IMG/VR virus record: IMGVR_UViG_3300023180_005138
Location: 53,379 to 117,378 of that record
From: a virus
Length of the DNA: 64,000 nucleotides
Strand: one strand, 5' to 3'
In this document: one piece after another, positions 17,276 to 28,900 of the stretch
Layout of the letters: each line of letters begins with the position of its first letter
Numbering within the stretch: the first letter of the stretch is position 1
Program-made: the position numbers and the translations under genes
Notes under the pieces: model-generated
Seen by the model: the letters and a program-made list of their open reading frames with translations, nothing else
What the model was told of the DNA's origin: nothing
The model's database searches: none

Positions 17276-18256
17276 TTAAGTTCCAAGCCCAGCTTCAAAT
17301 ACCGTCTTTTCTCCAGTAGTTAAATTCTCTTCAATCTTTTCTCTACTACTCAATAATTTTCCACACTGAGACTTACAAAGTTTAAAACTTCTATCATATC
17401 CTTGTAAATATGCTTTTAGCTTATTCCAGTATTCATATGATATAATAGTTTCTAAAGGAATCTTCGTAGCATTAAACTTTTCTTCCATATCATCTAGATA
17501 ATAAAATCTATCATTACTTTTATCAAAGTAGTGTGATCCTGTCCAACAACATCTAAATACTAGACCATTTGGAGCAACATACCACTTCCCCCATTCTTCC
17601 CACGAACATATAATTTGTTTTGGGATAGAAGATAAGTCTGTTTTCTTTTTAGCATGAACATAATCTCCAGATTTTGGTGCTGCAAAATCACGACCAGTTT
17701 TAACAGTAGAAAAAGAGTGAAAACCTTCTGAGATAGCTAGTTCTTTAGCTTTTTCTACTTGATGCTTATTATGTTCAAAAACTATATATTTCCAGTGTAC
17801 TTGTGGTCTATTAGTTGCTATAACAGAACGAGCATTGTTAAATACATTTTCAAACTTTGTATTAATTCTATAAATAGAATGAGTATCTTCTAGTCCGTCT
17901 AAATCAAAATTTATAATATCTTCTGTGGTTAAAATATTTCCTACGTCAGTCCAATAGTCTGACCCATGTATACCACCGTTAGTATGAATATTTAAACGTG
18001 TTCCATATTTCTTAACATATGTAATAATTTCACGAAACTCTTTGTTCATTATAGAGTCTCCGAAATTACCATTTAAAACAATCCAGTCAAGTTGTTCTAA
18101 AAACTCTGGATAAAAGACTTGCTTAAATCTATCTAACGTATAGGTATACTGCTCATCGTTTAAGTCTATTCTTAGAGGTTTTAAACGATGACATGCAGGA
18201 CACTTTGCATTACATCTAAAAGTTAGTTCAGTAGTTATTTGTTTATATTTTCGCAT
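17276..18256 (-). CDS. Radical SAM protein with SPASM/twitch-like C-terminus
   Basis: CNAKCPAC (CxxxCxxC), NGNFGD, IHTNGG, C-terminal cysteines (IICSW, FRCCW, CKSQC). Confidence 0.88.
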   Translation of the reverse strand: MRKYKQITTELTFRCNAKCPACHRLKPLRIDLNDEQYTYTLDRFKQVFYPEFLEQLDWIVLNGNFGDSIMNKEFREIITYVKKYGTRLNIHTNGGIHGSDYWTDVGNILTTEDIINFDLDGLEDTHSIYRINTKFENVFNNARSVIATNRPQVHWKYIVFEHNKHQVEKAKELAISEGFHSFSTVKTGRDFAAPKSGDYVHAKKKTDLSSIPKQIICSWEEWGKWYVAPNGLVFRCCWTGSHYFDKSNDRFYYLDDMEEKFNATKIPLETIISYEYWNKLKAYLQGYDRSFKLCKSQCGKLLSSREKIEENLTTGEKTVFEAGLGT

Positions 18257-18266
18257 ATATCCCTCA

Positions 18267-21206
18267 TTATGGTGTATCCCATGCGGAAATAACAGAAACT
18301 AAGCCAGAGGGAAGGCTCGCTACAGTATATTGAATTGAGTTATTTCCTCCATTAAATATCCAATCAGCAGTTGGAGCTTGAACTACTCCATTTAAGGCTA
18401 CAGATATTTTATCAATATCTGCTGGAGAATTAGTTAGTGCAATTACATTTGAAGTACCTGTAGAAGTATTAGTTACATAAGTAGGAACAATTGAAGCACC
18501 AAGAAGACCGTCTACATATGCTTTAGTAGCTGCATCTTGTAGGGCAGTAGGATTTCCTACACCAGTAATTTTATTGGTTCCCATAGCAAGAGCGCCTGTC
18601 ATAGAGTCTCCTGCTTTATCTACTTTAGCATCAGCGTTTGAAGATACTGCATTAAGGTTTGCATTTAATTGGGTATAAGTAATATAGTCATTTGCACGAA
18701 GTTCTACACCATTAGATTCTACTGTATCTGCTGCAACAGAGGTAGCAGTAAATACTCCTACATTGGAAGTTCCTCTAGCATCAAAATTAAATCCTGAACT
18801 TGTGGTTCCTACCAAAAGATTACCTAGGTTAGTAATTCTAAGTCTTTCTGCAAGTGTCCCAGAATTACTAGTTCCGATAGCTAAGTAAGTACTTCCTCCA
18901 TTACTATCCACATTAATAGTACCTGCACCAGAAGTGCCATTGTAATCTAAATCTAATGAGTTTGTGGAACTACCATTTGAATCGTGAACTACAAGACCTC
19001 CACTAGAAATTGTTAGGGTTCCTGCAATATCACCATTACCGTCTACATCAAGGGAATCAGATTGCAGCTCACCAGTAATATCTACCCCGTCTGTTTTAGT
19101 TGTAAGTTTAGCACTCCCACCAAAATATAATAAAGCCGCAGTTGTAGAACCATCTGCTAAGAAGTAGTTTGCTAACCCTCCAGAACCGTCATCAGATGCT
19201 ATAGCAACATCTTTATCGGTAGCAGTATTTCTAATATGTAAATCTCCAGTAAAGTTATAAACTGTAGAGTCTGTTCCGTCGTGATATATTTTAAGGTCAG
19301 TAGAAGCACCTAGTTGAATCTCATCACTATCTCCCATGATAAGATGAGAACCAAGAGTTAAAGTCCCAGAAATATCACCATTACCATCTACATCAAGAGA
19401 GTCTGACTGAAGTTCACCAGTAATGTCTACACCATCTGCTTTAGTTGTAAGTTTGACTGCATTATCATAATAAAGGGTTACTGCACCATCAGGTGTAAAA
19501 ATAGCCATATTTTCTGAAGTACCTTTGGTAAGTCTGATGCTGTCGCCATTTGTTTGAAGTAATAATCTTCCAGTACCTTCGTCAGAAATGCGACTAGCCG
19601 AACCATCATGGTAAATCAATAAGTCTTGGCCATCACCAACTCTAATATATTGGCCATCAGCAACATCAACATTACTCACAAAAGATGCATCTTGGTTATC
19701 TGCAATAGTTAGTGCAGCAATTCCACCTGTTGAGAAACCAAGTCCGTCTGCTCCTGTTCTATACATACCAGTATCTGCATCACCACTAAAATTAAATGCA
19801 GGAGCGGCGGCAGTGCCGTTTGCGTAGGTTAGTCTAATACCTCCAGTTTGAGGACTTGCAAAAGAAGCAGTAGATATATTAAACCTATTAGTTCCTGATG
19901 TTGTAAAACTAATAGTTTCTGCCCCAGCTCTCCAAATACCTGTATTAGGATCAGAGTCAAAAGTAATAGAAGGAGCGCTGGCTGTTCCATCATCAAAATA
20001 ACCAGTGTTTAATCTAAGGTTAGCGGCTGTAGACCCAGAAATAGCTGTATTAGTAGCAGGGTCAAAGTTGTGTAGTAGGGCAACTTCCCCTTGAGATTCA
20101 TCATACCCAATAAATACATTACCATCATTTCCACGATTTAGTAGAAGACCAACATCAAGAGAAGGCGAACCTGTAAAGTTATTAGCTAAAAATAAGAGTC
20201 TATCATCAGTATAAGAGTCTTGAACTGCAAGATTTGCAAAAGAACCTGCAACAGTAAGGTTACCTTGAACTGTTAAGTCGTCATTCATAGTGACGGCTCC
20301 AGTAAAGGCTGTTGATCCATCTGTTATAGCAGCAATAGCTGAATTAGACCCCGTTAATCCTGTTACAAGATTAGTAATATCTGTATCATTAGAAGAAATA
20401 TTAGTATTTGCACCTTGAAGGCCTGTTACAAGGTTAGTGATATTTGTATTAGCACCTGAGTGGGCGCCTAAGAAAATAAGAGTATTAGCTTGAAGTTTAG
20501 CATTTGTACCTGTTAAACCAGTTTGTAAGTTAGTGATAGCAGTATTAGATCCTGTTAATCCTCCACGAGCAACAAGATAGGTAGCATAGTCATTTGCACG
20601 AAGTTCGACTCCCGCAGAAGATACAGATGTAGCTGTAAAAGTACCTGTATTAGCGGTCCCACGTACATCTAGCCTAAAAGGAGTAGTTGTAAAACCGCTA
20701 GAGCCAATAATAACATTACCTCCTACAGTTGGACTAAAATCAATAATAACGTTAGCAGGACTACCAAAAGCAACCTGCCCTACTCCTAAAGAAGTAGCTA
20801 CATTACTAAAACCAAAGGATCTTCGATCTTTATCTATCGTAAATATATTAGTACCAATAAGCAAATCAGTAGTTTCATTTATTATAGCAGTGACATTAGA
20901 TTGCACTAAATTTATATTTGCATTAGCTCTCCTAGCATATGCATGTAAATTAGATAGAATAGAACCAGCGTTAGAAGATACGGTATTAACATTAACTTGA
21001 GTAGCTACAACATTAGACTGTACTAAATCTATATTTGCATTAAGAGCTACCGCTATAGGACTAGCGGTAGCGGTATTAGCAGCAAATTTATCTGCTGTGA
21101 TAGAAGCAGTACTATAATGTCTAGTTTCCAGTGCGTGACTAGAGATAGCACCTGTTGTAATAACATTTGAGGAAATTACTTGAGAAGTAATCTGGGTTAT
21201 AGCCAT
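18267..21206 (-). CDS. Tail/neck fibre-like structural protein (979 aa)
   Basis: S/T/G/N-rich with internal repeats (KLTTKxDGVDITGELQSDSLDVDGNGDI x2; VELRANDY x2); shares ITNLVTGL modules with the giant fibre. Confidence 0.7.
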   Translation of the reverse strand: MAITQITSQVISSNVITTGAISSHALETRHYSTASITADKFAANTATASPIAVALNANIDLVQSNVVATQVNVNTVSSNAGSILSNLHAYARRANANINLVQSNVTAIINETTDLLIGTNIFTIDKDRRSFGFSNVATSLGVGQVAFGSPANVIIDFSPTVGGNVIIGSSGFTTTPFRLDVRGTANTGTFTATSVSSAGVELRANDYATYLVARGGLTGSNTAITNLQTGLTGTNAKLQANTLIFLGAHSGANTNITNLVTGLQGANTNISSNDTDITNLVTGLTGSNSAIAAITDGSTAFTGAVTMNDDLTVQGNLTVAGSFANLAVQDSYTDDRLLFLANNFTGSPSLDVGLLLNRGNDGNVFIGYDESQGEVALLHNFDPATNTAISGSTAANLRLNTGYFDDGTASAPSITFDSDPNTGIWRAGAETISFTTSGTNRFNISTASFASPQTGGIRLTYANGTAAAPAFNFSGDADTGMYRTGADGLGFSTGGIAALTIADNQDASFVSNVDVADGQYIRVGDGQDLLIYHDGSASRISDEGTGRLLLQTNGDSIRLTKGTSENMAIFTPDGAVTLYYDNAVKLTTKADGVDITGELQSDSLDVDGNGDISGTLTLGSHLIMGDSDEIQLGASTDLKIYHDGTDSTVYNFTGDLHIRNTATDKDVAIASDDGSGGLANYFLADGSTTAALLYFGGSAKLTTKTDGVDITGELQSDSLDVDGNGDIAGTLTISSGGLVVHDSNGSSTNSLDLDYNGTSGAGTINVDSNGGSTYLAIGTSNSGTLAERLRITNLGNLLVGTTSSGFNFDARGTSNVGVFTATSVAADTVESNGVELRANDYITYTQLNANLNAVSSNADAKVDKAGDSMTGALAMGTNKITGVGNPTALQDAATKAYVDGLLGASIVPTYVTNTSTGTSNVIALTNSPADIDKISVALNGVVQAPTADWIFNGGNNSIQYTVASLPSGLVSVISAWDTP

Positions 21207-21222
21207 TTAAATTATCTCCGTA

Positions 21223-21669
21223 TTATGTATCTGTTTTATCAGACTCTAGTTCGTCGAAAAATTCTTTTAAGAAATCTTTTTGTTCTGCAGGATTATCTTC
21301 TTCATCAAAAAATTCTTTAATAAAATCATCAATCTGGTCATCCACAGAAGGAGGAGCAAGTAAATCTTCAAACTCTAAGTCTTTACATGCTCTAATAACT
21401 AAGTTTTTACAGTATTCAATTTCATCTTCTTCCATAGACCCCAAAGAGCCATCTAAAGATTTTTTCTCTGTATAGTCATTTTCAATGTATAAAGAATATA
21501 CATCCCCTTCAAGTAGTTTTGCTAAAGTAGGTTCTTTTTCCATAAAAGCATCAAAAGGGAAAGACCTTTCGACCGGCATTGCTCTAGGACCTTCAGTTTC
21601 GACGTCTCTAAAATAACAATACACTGTTTTTGTTTGAATGTCAATAGCATTAAATTTAATTGTAAGCAT
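21223..21669 (-). CDS. Acidic hypothetical protein in the tail module
   Basis: GGAGG ribosome binding site; D/E-rich C-terminus. Confidence 0.7.
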   Translation of the reverse strand: MLTIKFNAIDIQTKTVYCYFRDVETEGPRAMPVERSFPFDAFMEKEPTLAKLLEGDVYSLYIENDYTEKKSLDGSLGSMEEDEIEYCKNLVIRACKDLEFEDLLAPPSVDDQIDDFIKEFFDEEDNPAEQKDFLKEFFDELESDKTDT

Positions 21670-21679
21670 TTGGTGCCTC

Positions 21680-22972
21680 CTAAGTTTTTATAATATATTT
21701 CATACTGATTCCTGGATGGGTTACAGTATGTGTATGAGCTGAATGGGCAGATACTGAACTAACTACGTTGATAGTAGTCGATACGTCTTTATTAGTACTA
21801 GCGCTAACAGCAGCCGTGCCTACAGTATGAGAAGTTGGACCTCCTGAAGCAGTACTATTTTGAAAACTACTACCTATCGCTGTTGAAGTAGCTCCTAAAC
21901 TAACAGAAGTAGACGTACCATATATAGCTCTTCCTCTAATATCTGGTAAATTAAATGTAGTAGATCCGTTTCCTGATCCAAAAGCAGTTCCACAGACAGC
22001 ATAGAGCGCTGCATATGTTGTTCTACTTATTGCACTGCCTGAACATTCTAGCCAACCACTAGGAGCTGCACCACCTGCCCAGGCTACAACTACACCAGCT
22101 GGTATAAGAGGAGCAGCAGTTTCTGAAGTACTTCCCATAATAGTAGACTGAACAACTAAGTTAGCTCTGATAGGAGCAAGAGCACCTGCAGTAGTATATA
22201 CCCCAAGACCTCTATTTGTATCTCCTGTATTGCCTGGAATCATCTTTATTGCAGCATTTTTTGTTCCGTTATTAAATCCTAAAGCTATATCATTAGAACC
22301 AGAAGAAGATTTTAGCTCAATAGCGGCACTTGTAGCTGTTGTCTGATTATTGGCAAAACTAGAAACTACTATTCTTGGAGTAATCGTAACTGCAGAAGTA
22401 TGTTCCATTACAGTTGTAGGAATTGCTTTCATAGAAGCGTTTAATTTAGGACCTGTTACTGCTCCATTTGTTAATTCAGTAGTACCAACTCTACCAGGAA
22501 AAGGCAATCCAACGTCAACAAAGTCACTATTAAAAGTTCCTGTTGTTGCTACTCTTAAATACATTCTATTATTGGAAGAGCCTCCGCTATCTTTAACTAC
22601 AACAAAAGCTTCTCCAACATCAAAAGTAGCAATATTAGCTGCAGCAGCGGCTAAGGAACCTTGTTGCCTCCAAGCAACTCCATATCTAGTAAAATTACCT
22701 CCCACAGGTCGATTAGTTCTGCCAGAAGCAACAGTAATAGCGCTATCAGAAACATAAAACATTCCAGTATCCGAGTCTCTATACCACATACCATCATAAG
22801 CGGTTGCGCCCATAGCAGACCCTTCTGCTACCAAGTTATCTGTATCTGGTGTAGCTCCACTATAAAAATTTTGTAATAGTGCTCTTAAACTACTATTAAA
22901 TTGCGATCTTGAAACCGCAATAGATGCCCCTTGAGAGGGCAATACGTAGGTATTTGCATCTGTTAATGCCAT
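21680..22972 (-). CDS. Tail fibre / baseplate-distal protein with a C-terminal phage tail collar domain
   Basis: PAGVVVAWAGGAAPSGWLECSGSAISRTTYAALYAVCGTAFG...FNLPDIRGR. Confidence 0.8.
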   Translation of the reverse strand: MALTDANTYVLPSQGASIAVSRSQFNSSLRALLQNFYSGATPDTDNLVAEGSAMGATAYDGMWYRDSDTGMFYVSDSAITVASGRTNRPVGGNFTRYGVAWRQQGSLAAAAANIATFDVGEAFVVVKDSGGSSNNRMYLRVATTGTFNSDFVDVGLPFPGRVGTTELTNGAVTGPKLNASMKAIPTTVMEHTSAVTITPRIVVSSFANNQTTATSAAIELKSSSGSNDIALGFNNGTKNAAIKMIPGNTGDTNRGLGVYTTAGALAPIRANLVVQSTIMGSTSETAAPLIPAGVVVAWAGGAAPSGWLECSGSAISRTTYAALYAVCGTAFGSGNGSTTFNLPDIRGRAIYGTSTSVSLGATSTAIGSSFQNSTASGGPTSHTVGTAAVSASTNKDVSTTINVVSSVSAHSAHTHTVTHPGISMKYIIKT

Positions 22973-22976
22973 ATTA

Positions 22977-25900
22977 TTAAACTCCTGTTACCGCGAAATC
23001 TACTTGTGGTAATATACCACTTGGTCCGCCAATATTATGTGCAGAGACTCCATTAGAGAAATATACGGAAATATTCGCTCCTCCTAACCCTCTATCTAAA
23101 ATAATTACTTGTGGTTGTGCTAACTGATTAGAACTTGCACTCACAATAGACCCAGTTACTTTTGGAATTTGTGTAAATGCCATCTGTGAATAATCAACAT
23201 ATTTTGATAAGGTATCTACTGTTACTATTTCTGTATATAATCTTTCGTCTAAAGTTATTTTATAGTTAAACTTATCCAAAATTAATTCAGCTTGAGTCGG
23301 GTCACTATTATTAACTTTATATCTAAACTGGAAATATCTAAAGGTTCTAGCACCTGTTACAAAGTTTTCAAAACCGTCTGAACCAGCTACAGAAGTAAAC
23401 GCTGATGAATCTACGTTACCATTAGCAAAATAAGGACTTGTTGTAGCGTATCTAACTTCAGTATTAGTTGTTACAATACCCGAAGTTCCATAAAAAGTCG
23501 CTCCCTCACTTAAATCTAACCACTGTTTTAAGTTTACCAATTTATAGGAGCTTCCGGCAACTTCTAAATTCGCAAATCCATTACTTCCTGTAGACATTCC
23601 GTTAGCATACCAAGAGTCTCCCAAAATAATTTCATTATCATTAGAAACTCCAGCAATTAAAGAAAATACGTTAGCGTTAGAATCATCTCCGTCATAGTTT
23701 CCAATAGCTACAATACCATATACATTGGCAGGGAAAGATCCTTGTAATCCGCTAACTAAAGTTTTATTTTCTGAATGATAAGTTACCGTAGCTGCTCCTG
23801 TGTTAGAGCTTCCTAAAATTTCTCCAATACCTAATGTTCCAGAAAAATCTACATCCTTTAATTTTCCAGAGCCAGAGGCAGCTTCTGTGACTTGATCTCC
23901 TCCTATCTGCTCGCTATAATCTAACCAAGTAGATTTAAGAGCTTGAGAGCCTACTAATTCTAATTGTATAGAAGCAGTCAAAGTATTACCTAAATCTCTA
24001 ATTTGTGTTACATATTCAGCATTTTCTAGTGCTCTTAAGTCTGTAGGAGATCCTCCAATTACACTCCAACCAGAGGAGGAACCATTAGCGTTATCTACTA
24101 CACTGGAATCAAACAAACTATCCGCTTTTGCGTAAGATAATCCTCCTGTATTAGAAGAATAGAATGATGCATAGGCGGACTCTGTGTTATTAGAGTTGTG
24201 AACCCCTACTACTAAAGGTACTCCAGGGGTATCTTCAGAAAAGATTTGGTATGTTTTACTAAAAGAAACAGGTTGAGAAGTAAAGGAAGCTGCAACTATA
24301 TCAGTACTGAATATACCAGAAGTATCTTTAGTTCTTACTAGATACGAATATTGACCATATTGATCAATATCAATTACTACTCGGTTAGTACGAGCGTCAA
24401 CGATAGCAACCTCTTGTGCTCTAGGCCATAAGTCTAAAAGAGTTGCTTGATCTGTTGCAATAGAGCCTTCAACCTTTTTAATTTGAACTTCTAATAGGTC
24501 AAGGTCATAGTTATCACCTGTTATAGGATCAATAACGTATCTCCAAATCATAACTAAAGTGTCACTTGCCTGTCCTACAGCAAAGTTTACCACATTTTTA
24601 GGAGGAGCTAATTTACCGGTGATTGAAGCCTGTTTAATTGCTACTGAGCCTCTAATATTTTTATTTAAAGGTATAACGCGTACAACAATAGCATTGGGGT
24701 TTGAACTTAAACCTCTTTCAATATTATCTATTTTTATTCTTATCTTTCCATCTTCATCTACCCCTGCTGCAGACACTTTTACAGTATTAAAAGAGGTTAA
24801 GTCTCCTGCAATATCTCCAGATATTTTATAAGAAATTTCATAATCGGTTACTTCTTGACCTGTGATATGGTCAAAAGAAACCATAATTCTAGTAGAGACT
24901 CCTAGTGTTGAGTCTTTATATAACTCTTCCGCAATAGCTAAATTAGAAACAGCCTTAATCGGAATAGGTCTTACACTAACACTTTTAGTTGTAAAAGGGC
25001 TACGTCTTCCATACTTAGTTACGTTTCTAGCCCTTACAGAATGAATACCTACTTCAGCTCTATTAATTACTCTTTTACTACCAGACTCTAAGTTTAAAGG
25101 TATAAAAGTATTAACGGGGGTATTAGTAGTATATACCCCATTATTAGCTAAATTTAAAAGACCTCTATAACGAAGATGGTTATAGTCAAAGGTAAACGTT
25201 TTTGATCCTAAATCTAAATTACCAACAGTTCCAATAGGATCTTCAGTAATATTTATAGCAAACGCTGTTGCCACATTAGATTTAATATTATCACTCAAAG
25301 TAACTCTATATATACCGTTAGCAGTAAGAGCAGCGTCATAAGACGGAGCCGCAATATCAAAGGTAGAGTCAGAAATACCATATACGTTACCCGCATTCCA
25401 GGTAATATTATCACCTCTTTCTAATATAGGAACAGTATAAACATTAGCTGTTACTCTAATATCTAAATTAGATATTGAGGTAGGTAAAGTGCTTAGATTA
25501 ATAGATACTTGAGAATTAGATAAATTATCTAATCCTTTTTCTAGTGTAAAATCAGAGTGTGTTCCTCCATTAATAAATACTTCTACAAAGCCTGTATGTC
25601 TTAGAGAAACTCCTAAAGGTTGTTTAAAAACATGATTATCAATTAAATTAGAGATAGTAGCTGTATTACTTCTAACTAAATCTAAATGTGTACCAGTTAC
25701 ATACAGAGAATTATTAGCAAAATATCTGTGATCTATAACTTGAGGAACCTTAATATAAAAAGGAGGATCAGGCAATAATCCATGAATAGTAGTAGAACCA
25801 GAATGATCATTCAATATTTTAATAGTATTAGTAGAGGCATTATAAGAAGTAACATTAGCACTGTATTGAGTCACCCTAGTATCAGACCCAATAAATCCTA

Positions 25901-28900
25901 ATAATCCCGCTGCGTCTCCTGTACCTCCCTCATCTTTAGAGTTAATTGGTAAAGTAATCTTATCATTACCTTTTAATCCTCCAAAGTCAAAAGTATCATT
26001 AACAGCAAGAACATGAGTACCAAAGTTTATGTCTTGAAGATTGTTTAATCCTGTCAAAGAAAGCTCAATATACCCATTAGCTTCTTCGTCAGCTCCAATA
26101 TCAACGATATCATAACCAGTAACAAGAATTTTTGATCTTCCGATTTCTGTAGTGAAACCGTTTTTACCCATTAGAGTAACAGACTCTCCTTCTAAGATAT
26201 CTGTAAAATCATCCATATGTACTTTTATAATATCCCTCGATGCTTGAGGGGTAGTGTTTGATACTAGCGATCTTGTATTAAAAGGAGGAGCATGGAAAAA
26301 GTCAGTTCTAGTCTCGTTAGAATAACCGGTAAAATCATTTGTAAAACTAATATCAATATCAGTATAAACAGAGCCGTCTAAATCTCTTTTTGGTACTGCT
26401 CTTAGTTCAAACATAGGAGCAGGAGGAGCTTGTAGAGGAGAGAATAAATCCGTAAAAGCTAAAGGCTTATAATTAATTAATGTATCAGAATCTACATAAA
26501 CATTAGAAATATATTCTCTAGCTTCAATGAATACTGTTTCGTCTGGCTCTCTTTTCATATTAATGATTCTAAAGAGTTTGTCAGATTGCGCAGTAAAAAT
26601 ATCAGTAGGATTAGCAATAGTTCCTATACTCCAAGTATCATACCTACTTGGTGTATGAAAAGTTCCCCACCCACCACTAAAAGCATTAAAAGTTTTAGAT
26701 GGGTGATCCCATTTACTTAAAGCCTCAACTCTGATAACTTCGGCACCACCAGTAACATTTGCAGTATTAGATAGATTAAAACTAGTGTTACTAATTATAT
26801 AAGCATCAACTAAACCAGAAGTGTGACTAGACACCCTAAGAATTAAAGGATCAGTATTAGCTGTAAAAAACGACGAAGTTATAGAAGGATTTCCTATATG
26901 TTCTAGGTATATAGCCGTATTTGATGCAGTAGAAGAGTTAGATACTATACCTCCATAACCCCACCCTACAGAAGTAGCTCTTTGAGATACCGCAATAATA
27001 GATCCTGGAGTAAGTTCAGAAGCTTCTATACCAGTTTTAAAGCCAACTTTTCTTCTAGAATATTTGGAATCAGCAATAACATATTGAGCAGCTCTAATTG
27101 CTTGACTTTTTCTAGCTACTCCATCTAAATCAATTTTTGCAATATTCTCAATACTATTACGTTCTCTAAGAGCTTTTGGATCATCAATTCTTAAAACTTC
27201 TCTTCTAAAGTGTAATGTAGGGTCTATATAAGTAACATCTACACCAGTAATTAGAGACTCCTCTGATATACCAGAAATATTCATGGTCCCTGCTATAATA
27301 TTTGTCTCATTAAATACTGCTGATGGCATATTATCAGGCTTATCCTGATACATCATAATTTTACCACCAGAATAGAATAGTATAGATCTAGAACTAAGAC
27401 TAACAATATTTATAGCATCCATGACTTGTTTTTGGTCAGATATAACACCGTCGTATATAAAACGTCTCTCTAACACTCCAAGACCTGCGTCTATCCCCAC
27501 TAAAACCTCTGTAACCTTTGTTTTAACTCCTCTAGGCTTATATCTATTAGTACCATCAGCCTCTGCTGCAACTCCTACAAATTCACCTGTAGTAACATCA
27601 CAAGCATCATTATATACTGCAGCATCATAAAAAGAGAATTTATCAACATTTTCTTCTGGAATACCTAATCCATAAGATTTATTAGTTAGCATGTCATATA
27701 TAATCCATGCAGGATTCTGAGTCCATGAGAATACAAACTGCCCGTCCCAAAGACCGTTATAAATAACAGGAGTGCCTGTTAGTAAGGTAGTTCCAGTTTT
27801 TTGTTGACTATAACCATAATTTGTTCTATCAGTGGCACTAACCTCTACCTCTCTCCAATCAATATCTCCATTCTCTAAAATAGGCTGATTATAATTAGAG
27901 GGTACTTTTACAATAAGACCTTTAACTATCTGAGTAATAGCAGGCATTCCGCCTTTATGTTCTGCGAAAGCTTTTAGTGCATATCCAACAGTAGCTGTTC
28001 TAGTATATGCAATAGGTTCTTCTATAATTTCGGTCCACCCTTGGAAAGTTACAGAGGCTTGTACTTTAGAAGACGCAGTATCAGCATTTGTTTTTTCAAC
28101 TGTGAATTTATAACCAGCGTCATCTATTTTATTAGTAGGAACTGCTAAGTATATGTCAAAAGAAAATGCAACGTTCGTCTTACCATTAATAGTTCTTGTT
28201 TGTGTAGCTAGTTCTTCTGTTCCATCTCTATTATATAATGTAACTTTTACCTCTATAGTTTCTGGAAGAACATCTCCTTTATCATTTTGTTTTTGTAAGC
28301 CTCCAATGATAAAATAAAACTTACAGGCTGTTAATGCTGTAGGAGATGTATCTTGTTTATCAACAGCAGATCGAGGAACGCCATCAGCATTACCTTTTTT
28401 AAGTTCTACTGTTCCTTGTAGTCTCTGAGGGATAAAAGTATAGTCTCCAAATAAAGGAATGCGTTGTTGAGATATTGTTCCTGTATTAGTATAATAAAAG
28501 AACTTTTCATCATCTACTACTCCCTCTACTAATAAATCTTCAATATTACCTTCATTAAATTCTATATCTTGTGGTCCATTTGGGTTGATTCTATATACAG
28601 GACCTTCTCCTAAACCAAGGGTTAGTAATAAAATATCTGTAGAGAACAGGTTATTGGGAGTTTCGGTTCCGCTACCGCCGCCTTTTCCTCCACCGCCACC
28701 ATTATGAACATAAACTCCATTAGCGATATAAGAGTGAACATGAGAAACTTTAAAGTTATAAACTTCTCCATCTCGTAGATATTCAATAGAATTAATTTTA
28801 GATAGTTGATTATCGTTTGTTAAAAGATTGTCACCAACCTTAAAATCTTTTAGCTCTTGATATGTACCATCTTCTTTTAACACCCAGTGATTAGGAGTAA

